From the NCBI GenBank assembly GCA_004143945.1, contig SEHB01000011.1, positions 20,070 through 84,069 on the forward strand: DNA of 64,000 nucleotides. The letters are read 5' to 3'. This document shows, in pieces, positions 56,978-64,000 of the stretch. The DNA comes from Lysobacteraceae bacterium (GTDB lineage Bacteria > Pseudomonadota > Gammaproteobacteria > Xanthomonadales > Rhodanobacteraceae). A program made the translations under genes and the position numbers. Below the pieces are notes generated by a model. The model was not told where the DNA came from and did not search any database. It worked only from the letters and a program-made list of their open reading frames with translations. How positions within the stretch are numbered: position 1 is the stretch's first letter; each line of letters opens with the position of its first letter.

Positions 56978-57173
56978 GGTCCGGTGTTCCTCGATCGACA
57001 AGTGGGGTGCAACCGCCAGGCCCCGAGCCCCGCTGGACGGTCCCCGATTGTCGGCATGCCGCCACGACGGACGCATGCGCCATCGATGTGCACTCGATGC
57101 GGATTGCATGGTCGAACGGCGCCATTGCGCGGTTCGGCCGCCACGGGCGCCGTTTCGCGGCCGCGCGGACGCT

Positions 57174-59552
57174 TCAATCCGGCGCGAGCCGCGCCATCGC
57201 CTGCTCGGCCTTGTGCGCCGCAGCATGTTCGCCGATCGCGCGGTACAACTTCGCCATCGCATCCGCCGCGTGCCAGTCGACGTCGACCCAGCGCGCGATG
57301 CGACCGCCGACTGCGCGCGCGGTGTCGAGCTGGCTCGCCTCGATCAGCGGCGCCACGTAGACGGCAGCAATGTCGACGAGGTCCCGTGCGGTGCCGACGC
57401 GCCCCGCGTTCTGCCACGCGCGTTCGAACCGTTCGAGCGCGGGCTCGCGGCGGCCTTCGGACCAGGCTTGCTCGCCCTCGGCGAGATCGGCCTGCATCGT
57501 CAGCCACTCGTCGGTGCCGGCCGAGTCGCGCAGGCTGCGCACCTCCTCCGCCGCGCGCGCGCCTTCGCCCGCGGCCCGCAGCGCACGCAGATGCACGAGG
57601 CGCGTGCGCAGATGCGCGATCGGCGCGGCCGCCTGCAACGCGGGCAGCAACGCGGCTGCCGCCGCCTCGCGCGCGGCGGCTGCGTCGCCCTGTGCCCACG
57701 CGAGGCGCGCTGCCAGCGCCTGTGCGCCTGCGCGTACGCCCGCGTCGCGACGCGGGTCCGCCGTGTCACGCACCTGGGCCAGCAGTTCGCGCGCCGCGCT
57801 TGCCTGGCCGGATGCCGCGAGTGCTTCGGCACGCGCGAGCACCAGCACCCAGCGCATGCGCAGGTTGCTCGTATGCGATTCGGGCGGCCACGCACGTTCG
57901 CTGGCGGCGAGCGCCGCTGCGGGATCGACGCGCTCGAGCTGCGCCGCGACTTGTTGTGCGAGCGCATGCGCGAGACCTTCCCGCGCGCCGAGCCTCGCGA
58001 ACGCATCGGCCGCCTCGACCAGCATCGCGAGCGCATCGGCGGGCCGGTGGCGCATGAGCTGGAAATCGCCGACGTTGACGTCGACGCTGGCGACCCCGAG
58101 GCTGTCGCCGACGGTTTCGAGTTCGATCCGCGCGCGCGCGAGTTCGCCGAGCGCCTCGTCGATGCGTCCCGCCTGCGCGAGCACGACGCCGCGACCGAGC
58201 AAGGCGACGCCGAGCGCCTCATGGTCACCTGCGTCGCGACGCAGCGCGATGGCTTCCTCGTACAGTTCGCCCGCGCGCGCGGGCTGGTCCTGGCGCACCA
58301 GCGCCGCCGCCAGCGTGATCAGCACGCGCGCGCGCAGCGCGCCGTCACGCGCGGGATCGAGGCCGTCGAGCAACGCATGCAGGCGTTGCTCGACGGCCGG
58401 GTAGTCGCCGCGGCGCAGGTCGATCTGCGCAATGCGCTGCTGCGCGCGCGGTGCCTGCCGCAGGGCTGCCGGCGCCGCGTCGATCAGCGCGCGCGCCTCG
58501 TCGAGCTGGTCGGCCAGCATCGCCGCGCCGGCATGTTGCAGCAGGTGCTCGAGCTCGATCGACCCGACCTGCGCGCCGGACCCGGGCGCGCGCCCGAGCT
58601 CGTGCAGCAGGCGATCGGCCGCTTCGCGCGCGGCCATCACCGCATCCGCATGGCGGGCCGTCACGTCGAGTTCGCGCTGGGCGCCGAATGCGTCCAGCCG
58701 GACTTCCCAGCCCGCATCGGCGAGGCGCACGCGCGGTTGCACGCGCAGCGCGGCGACCTGCGCGAGCGTCGCGTCATGCAACGCGTCGGGTGCGGCCGGA
58801 TCGCGCGTGCGCAACAGTGCGACGACCGACTCGCTCGACATCGTCGGCAGCGCGCCCGCGCGCAGGCGCGTCGCGACGAGATCCATGAGGCCAAGGCGCA
58901 GCCAGCGCCAGTCTTCGGGCGCGTCGATCTCGGCCGGCAACACCAGCGCAGGCGCCGCGAGCGCGACGTTCGCACGCGGCGGCACGGCGTCCGCCGTCGG
59001 CGCGTCATGCGCGCTCGGGCGCCACCACGAGGCGAGCGCGAGCAACACTGCGAGCGCGACCAATGCGCCCGCGCCGGCGAGTGCACGCAGCTTCCGTCGC
59101 CGAGGCTCCGGTGCCGCCATCGCACCCGCGCTCGCGGTCGCGGTCGGTGCGCGCTCGATCGGCGCATCGCCTGCCGGCGCCGCCGGCGCAGGTTCGACCA
59201 GCGCCGATTTGAACGGCACGGATCCGACCGCCGGGGATTCGACCAGCGTGATCGCGCCGGTCCAGCGATAGCCGAAACGCGGCACGGTGCGGATCAGGCG
59301 CTGCTCGCTGCCGGTATCGCCGAGGCTCCTGCGCAGCTTCACGATCGTGTGGCTCAGCAGCGCTTCGCTGACCTCGACGCGCCCCCAGACGGCCGCGATC
59401 AGTTCGTCGCGCCCGACCGCGCGGTCGCGGTGCTCGACGAGGTAGGCGAGGCAGTCGAATGCGCGCGCCGGCAGCGCGACGAGTTCGCCGCGCTCGTGCA
59501 GTTCGCGCGTGGCCGGGTCCAGCAGGAAGTCATTGAAACGGTACATCGCCAT
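57174..59552 (-). CDS. Membrane-spanning transcriptional regulator: OmpR/CadC-type winged helix, TM helix, TPR sensor domain
   Basis: YRFNDFLLD, FDCLAYLV, LIAAVW, LRRSLGD..IRTVPRFGYRW; TM ALAGAGALVALAVLLALASWW; long TPR-like region; start could be 59546 or 59558. Confidence 0.85.
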   Translation of the reverse strand: MAMYRFNDFLLDPATRELHERGELVALPARAFDCLAYLVEHRDRAVGRDELIAAVWGRVEVSEALLSHTIVKLRRSLGDTGSEQRLIRTVPRFGYRWTGAITLVESPAVGSVPFKSALVEPAPAAPAGDAPIERAPTATASAGAMAAPEPRRRKLRALAGAGALVALAVLLALASWWRPSAHDAPTADAVPPRANVALAAPALVLPAEIDAPEDWRWLRLGLMDLVATRLRAGALPTMSSESVVALLRTRDPAAPDALHDATLAQVAALRVQPRVRLADAGWEVRLDAFGAQRELDVTARHADAVMAAREAADRLLHELGRAPGSGAQVGSIELEHLLQHAGAAMLADQLDEARALIDAAPAALRQAPRAQQRIAQIDLRRGDYPAVEQRLHALLDGLDPARDGALRARVLITLAAALVRQDQPARAGELYEEAIALRRDAGDHEALGVALLGRGVVLAQAGRIDEALGELARARIELETVGDSLGVASVDVNVGDFQLMRHRPADALAMLVEAADAFARLGAREGLAHALAQQVAAQLERVDPAAALAASERAWPPESHTSNLRMRWVLVLARAEALAASGQASAARELLAQVRDTADPRRDAGVRAGAQALAARLAWAQGDAAAAREAAAAALLPALQAAAPIAHLRTRLVHLRALRAAGEGARAAEEVRSLRDSAGTDEWLTMQADLAEGEQAWSEGRREPALERFERAWQNAGRVGTARDLVDIAAVYVAPLIEASQLDTARAVGGRIARWVDVDWHAADAMAKLYRAIGEHAAAHKAEQAMARLAPD

Positions 59553-59612
59553 CCGCATAGGGTAACGTGGGCGCGCCGCAGGCGCGTCGCGCCGCTCGAT
59601 GCCGGAGAGCCG

Positions 59613-60293
59613 ATGGACGATCCGCTGCAGACTGCGTTCCTGTTCGACCTCGACGGCACGCTCGTCGACAGCGTCTACCAGCACGCGCTGGCCTGGCACG
59701 AAGCGCTGTCCAGCGAAGGCATCGAACTGTCGATGTGGCGCATCCACCGGCGCATCGGCATGAGCGGCGGCCTGATGGCGAACATCCTGCTGCGCGAGAG
59801 CGGCGTCGAACTCGACGACGCGCGCGCGCAGCGCCTGCGCGTCCTGCATGTAGAGGCGTACCGCGCGCGCGCAGCGCAGATCCGCCCTCTGCCGGGTGCG
59901 CGCGAACTGCTCGCGCAGCTCGACGCCTCCGGCTGCGCGTGGGCGATCGCGACGAGCGGGCGCATCGAAACCGCCGGCCCCGTGCTCGAGATGCTCGGCG
60001 TCGACGCGGCGCGCGTGCCGATCATCACGCGCGACCAGGTGCGGCGCGCGAAGCCCGACCCCGACCTGTTCGTCGCCGCGGCCAGTCGACTCGGCGTTCC
60101 GATCGCGCAGTCGACCGTCGTCGGCGACGCGGTCTGGGACATGCTCGCGGCGACGCGCGCGCGTGCGCTCGGCATCGGCCTGCTGTCCGGCGGCGCATCG
60201 GCCGGCGAACTCGCGCGCGCAGGGGCCTATCGGGTGTTCGAGGACCCGGCCGACCTGCTCGACCATCTCGACGAAGTCGGCGGGCGACGCTGA
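59613..60293 (+). CDS. HAD-superfamily hydrolase
   Basis: FDLDGTLVDS, IATSG, KPDPD, VGDAVWD; GGAGAG RBS. Confidence 0.92.
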   Translation: MDDPLQTAFLFDLDGTLVDSVYQHALAWHEALSSEGIELSMWRIHRRIGMSGGLMANILLRESGVELDDARAQRLRVLHVEAYRARAAQIRPLPGARELLAQLDASGCAWAIATSGRIETAGPVLEMLGVDAARVPIITRDQVRRAKPDPDLFVAAASRLGVPIAQSTVVGDAVWDMLAATRARALGIGLLSGGASAGELARAGAYRVFEDPADLLDHLDEVGGRR

Positions 60294-60388
60294 ACGCGAG
60301 CCCGCCTCCATCGGCCCTGCGACGGGCTTCGCTAGGCGATGCGCCCGGACCTCGCTAGCATTCGCACCCTGATTCCGGAACGCGCCGA

Positions 60389-61060
60389 ATGCCCCCTGCG
60401 ATGACCGACCACGGCGCACCTGCGCTGCGCCTCGCCGATGCCACGCCGATCGCATCCGGCCAGATCCGGCGCATCTTCGAGCACCCGCTCGATCCGCGCC
60501 TGCTGATCAAGATCCTGCGTCGCGATTCGATCGAACGCCGCTGGAGCGGGCGGCTGCGCGCCTACAAGCGGCTCGCGCGCGCGCTGCATTACGGCGGCCA
60601 CGTGCGCGAGCTCAAGGAATACATCACGGTCTGCGCGCGCCATCCCGATCGGATCGCGCCGATCGCGCGCACGATCGGCGTGGTCGAAACCGACCTCGGG
60701 CTCGGTCTCGTGGCCGAGAAGGTGGTCGGTCCTGACGCGATGCTCGCTCCGACGCTCGCGACGCGCTACGCCGCCGAAGGGGGATTCAGCGACGGGCTCG
60801 AACGCGACCTCGAGGCGCTGCTCGAGAGCCTGCTCGCGTGCAACGTGATCGTCGGCGACATGCACGCGTGGAACATCGTCTACGGCAGCGACTCGCGCGG
60901 CGGTCCGCGCTTCGTGCTGATCGACGGTTTCGGCGAGAAGCTCGCGATCCCGCTGACCTCGATGAGCACGCGCTTCAACGCGCACAACACGCGCAGGCTC
61001 TATCGCCGCATGCGCGCGCAGTTGCAGCAGCTGGTGCCGCTGGAACAACCGGCCGGCTGA
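60389..61060 (+). CDS. YrbL / PhoP-regulatory-network family protein (kinase-like fold)
   Basis: IASG..R.IFEHP..LLIKI, VETDLGLGLV, N.I.GDMHAWNIV, LIDGFG; alternative start 60401. Confidence 0.75.
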   Translation: MPPAMTDHGAPALRLADATPIASGQIRRIFEHPLDPRLLIKILRRDSIERRWSGRLRAYKRLARALHYGGHVRELKEYITVCARHPDRIAPIARTIGVVETDLGLGLVAEKVVGPDAMLAPTLATRYAAEGGFSDGLERDLEALLESLLACNVIVGDMHAWNIVYGSDSRGGPRFVLIDGFGEKLAIPLTSMSTRFNAHNTRRLYRRMRAQLQQLVPLEQPAG

Positions 61061-61114
61061 GCCGACGGCGCGCGACGGATGCACCGCCACGCACGGCCGC
61101 ACGTCGAATCGGCG

Positions 61115-62848
61115 CTAGCCGCCGTCGCCGTCTCCGTCGTCCGGCGCGTCCTCGTCCACCGGCAGCGGCGGCACGCAGCCGGGTACGCGCGCGTCGGAGC
61201 GGAACATCCACCATTGGCGGCGGTTCGCGTTCGCGACGAAGGTCGCCTTCGACGTGTCCACGCAGTCGCCCATCGCCTCGTCGAGGATGAACACCCAGCG
61301 CCCCGTCGCCTGGTCCTGCCACGCCACCGCCTCGAGGTACTGCTGCGGCCATTTCTTGCGGAAACCGAACTCGCGGACGGGGCCCACGGCCATCAGCAGG
61401 TTCTGTTCCTTCCACGCGACCATGCCGAATTCGACGCCGGGTCCCGCGATCTCGCGCGCCTTGCGCATCGCACCCGCCGCGGAACTCGAATCATTGAGCA
61501 GCGGATAGGCCCACAGGCTCCACAGCAGCCACAATCCCGTGATGCCCGCGAGCAACGCGTGCACGCCGCGGCGCGGGCGGAACACGAGCGCGGCGAGCAC
61601 GAACGACAGCCCCATCGCGATGACCATGCCCCACACCACGTGATCGAGCCCGACCAGCTCGCGCCGGCGCAGGAAGTCCTCGGCCGCGCTCGAATGCCCG
61701 AGCAGCGCCCATGCGCCGGCGCCGAGGACTACGAGGCCGCCGACGAGCGCGAGCGTGAACGCAGTGAAGCGCATCCAGCGCGTCGCGACGATGCGCTCGA
61801 GGAACGGTGCCATCGCGAGCGCGACCATCGGCGTCGCCGGCATCAGGTAGACGTCGCGCTTGCCGACCGGGATGCTGAAGAACACGATCACGAGCACCGC
61901 CCACGCGAGCGGCAGCATCACGCGCGCCTCGCGCGCGCGCAGCGCCTGGAGCCAGAGCGGGATCGCGCCGATGTAGGCGAGCGACATCGGGAACCAGTTG
62001 AACAGCAGGATCGGACCGTAGTACCAGAACGGCTGCGGATGCGACCAGGAACCCGCATAGCGACCCGCGGTCTGGCGGAAGAACAGATCGTCGACATAGG
62101 CCGCGTATTCGGGCGAACCACTCGCCTTCGCGACCAGCAGCACCGACAGGCCCCAGCCGAGGATCGGCGCGAGGAACGCGAGTGGGCCCGCGAGCCAGCG
62201 CAGCGTCGATCCGCTCGTGCGCGTGACGCCTTCCCAGCCGCGCCAGCGCGCGTAGAGGTAGGGCACCACCATCAGCAACGCGAGGATGCCGACACCCTTC
62301 GTGATCACGCCGAGCCCGGCTGCGAAGCAGCCGAGCCAGTACGCGCGCCAGTTCGGCCCACGCAGGAAATGCAGCAGCAGGCCCCAGTTCGCGAGCGTGA
62401 TCCATCCCATGATCAACGGATCGATCTGCGCGCGCTTGACCTGGTAGACGAACTGGAACACGAACAGCAGCGCGATCGCCGCGTACAGGCCCGCGCGATG
62501 GTTCCACAATCGGCGGCCGAGATCCCAGGTCAGGCCGAGCGTGAGCAGGCCCGCGAGCAGCGAGGGCAGCAGGAACGCGACGCGCCAGCTGCCGATGACC
62601 TGGTAGGCGAGCCCCTGCAGCCAGAACAGCATCGGCGGCTTGTCCGAATACAGCTCGTGGCCGCGATGCGGGAACAGCCAGTCGCCGGACTCGACCATGT
62701 GCCGCGCGACGAGCACGAAACGCGGTTCGTCCGACGGCCACGGATCGCGCAGGCCGATGCCCGCGCCGAGCAGCACGAGCGCGAACAGCATGAACCACAG
62801 GAACTCGCGCCGTTCGTGCGCGGCCAGCGGCGGGGTCGAGGTCTGCAT
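61115..62848 (-). CDS. ArnT/PMT-family (GT83/GT39-like) membrane glycosyltransferase
   Basis: DEPRF..ARHMVESGDW, YSDKPP, AQIDP, GVITKG, HPQPFWYY, KRDVYLMP. Confidence 0.88.
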   Translation of the reverse strand: MQTSTPPLAAHERREFLWFMLFALVLLGAGIGLRDPWPSDEPRFVLVARHMVESGDWLFPHRGHELYSDKPPMLFWLQGLAYQVIGSWRVAFLLPSLLAGLLTLGLTWDLGRRLWNHRAGLYAAIALLFVFQFVYQVKRAQIDPLIMGWITLANWGLLLHFLRGPNWRAYWLGCFAAGLGVITKGVGILALLMVVPYLYARWRGWEGVTRTSGSTLRWLAGPLAFLAPILGWGLSVLLVAKASGSPEYAAYVDDLFFRQTAGRYAGSWSHPQPFWYYGPILLFNWFPMSLAYIGAIPLWLQALRAREARVMLPLAWAVLVIVFFSIPVGKRDVYLMPATPMVALAMAPFLERIVATRWMRFTAFTLALVGGLVVLGAGAWALLGHSSAAEDFLRRRELVGLDHVVWGMVIAMGLSFVLAALVFRPRRGVHALLAGITGLWLLWSLWAYPLLNDSSSAAGAMRKAREIAGPGVEFGMVAWKEQNLLMAVGPVREFGFRKKWPQQYLEAVAWQDQATGRWVFILDEAMGDCVDTSKATFVANANRRQWWMFRSDARVPGCVPPLPVDEDAPDDGDGDGG

Positions 62849-62877
62849 CCGGCTTCCGGCTTGGGGCGAAGCAGGGA

Positions 62878-62886
62878 ATTCTAGCA
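62878..62886 (-). promoter_or_regulatory. Extended -10 upstream of ArnT-like gene
   Basis: TGCTAGAAT on the minus strand, ~30 bp before ATG 62848. Confidence 0.5.
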
Positions 62887-63090
62887 GTGCCGCCCTGCCC
62901 CGAGCCCGACCTGCGGGTACGGCCGAGGCGAACCCCGGAGCACGCAGCACGCGCGGCGCACGCGGGCGCAGTCCGGCGCCGAACGGATTCGCGCTTCGAA
63001 CGCGTTGCAGCGCCACGGCGCGGATTCGATCGCACGCCGGGCCGCAGCGATCGCAGCTAGGATACGCCGAGTTGCCGACCGGGTACCCGC

Positions 63091-64000
63091 ATGACCGACC
63101 GTCCCGATCCGCTCGCAGCGCAGGCACTCGAGGTCGCGCATGCGCTGCCGGCCGAGTACTACCACGGAACCGCCGCGACCGAGCGCGACCGGCGCGCGGT
63201 GTTCGCGCGCAGCTGGCAACTGGTCGCGCGCGATGCGCAGCTCGAAGGCCCGGGCGACCATGCCGTCGCCGACATCGCCGGCGTGCCGCTGCTGCTCGTG
63301 CGCGGTGAGGATCGCGTGCTGCGCGCACTCCACAACGTGTGCCGCCATCGCGCGGGGCCGCTCGCACTGTGCGACGGGCGCGCCGCGAAGCGCCTGCGCT
63401 GCCTCTACCACGGCTGGACCTACGCGCTCGATGGCCGGCTCTCGAGCGCGCCCGAGATGCAGTCGGCCGAAGGCTTCGACGTCGCAGACGTACGCCTGCC
63501 GGAGGCGGCGGTCGCGGCGTGGCGCGGGCTCGTGTTCGCCGCAGTCGGCCCGGCGCCGCCGCTCGCCGCGCTCCTCGCGGGCATCGACGAGCGCGTCGGC
63601 GCACGCGCGCTCGCGGGTTACCAGTGGCATGGACGCACGAGCTACGACATCGGCTGCGACTGGAAGGTCTACGTCGACAATTATCTCGAGGGCTACCACG
63701 TCCCGCACATCCATCCCGAACTCAACCGCATGCTCGACTACCGCAGCTACCGCACCGAATGCGCGCGGTGGCATTCATTGCAATGGAGCCCGCTCGAAAG
63801 CGCCGGCGACCTCTACGGAGACGGCGAGGCGCTCTACTACTGGCTGTGGCCGAACACGATGCTGAACATCCTGCCCGGTCGCGTGCAGACCAACCGCGTG
63901 CTGCCGCTCGGCGACGGGCGCTGCCGCGTCGAGTTCGATTTCTGGTACGCGCCCGGCATCGAACCCGCGCGCGCCGTGCGCGACCTCGAGTTCAGCGACC
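63091..64000 (+). CDS. Rieske aromatic ring-hydroxylating oxygenase alpha subunit (choline monooxygenase-like), 3' truncated by window end
   Basis: Open frame from ATG 63091: ALPAEYY, NVCRHRAG, CLYHGWTY, DWKVYVDNYLEGYHVPHIH; absent from the ORF track because no stop occurs in the window. Confidence 0.9.
   Translation, partial: MTDRPDPLAAQALEVAHALPAEYYHGTAATERDRRAVFARSWQLVARDAQLEGPGDHAVADIAGVPLLLVRGEDRVLRALHNVCRHRAGPLALCDGRAAKRLRCLYHGWTYALDGRLSSAPEMQSAEGFDVADVRLPEAAVAAWRGLVFAAVGPAPPLAALLAGIDERVGARALAGYQWHGRTSYDIGCDWKVYVDNYLEGYHVPHIHPELNRMLDYRSYRTECARWHSLQWSPLESAGDLYGDGEALYYWLWPNTMLNILPGRVQTNRVLPLGDGRCRVEFDFWYAPGIEPARAVRDLEFSD

Overview
A very GC-rich (roughly 70% by eye) chromosomal window, probably from a Xanthomonadales/Rhodanobacteraceae bacterium (Dokdonella-like). 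That assignment is inferred from gene order, REP sequence type and protein style. The housekeeping backbone is pgsA, uvrC, a low-MW tyrosine phosphatase, kdsB, ispG, a cardiolipin synthase, xseA, a cbb3 oxidase operon (ccoNOQP-H-I-S-DsbD2), mfd, hslO and an ArnT-like transferase. There are three tRNAs (Gly-GCC, Cys-GCA, Leu-TAA). About 7.6 kb of stress-type genes lie between tRNA-Cys and tRNA-Leu. One REP/REPIN family is scattered across the window. A RAYT-like HUH transposase appears to have lost its catalytic Tyr. The most striking signal is a short peptide tag, D-x-[IL]-[FY]-A-[DT]-G-F-[DE]. It sits at the extreme C-terminus of three unrelated secreted proteins, and related copies sit at the mature N-terminus of two more. 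It has no transmembrane helix or basic tail, which suggests an uncharacterised docking or sorting system for surface proteins. Two tagged genes lie directly downstream of a membrane-spanning wHTH-TPR regulator. Other leads are a small secreted 4-Cys peptide gene paired with a membrane glutaredoxin, a FPxSDP-motif/metallothionein-like fusion next to sodC, and a shared PhoP-like promoter motif in the stress block. No integrase, CRISPR array or rRNA was found. All family assignments come from motif recognition, not database searches.
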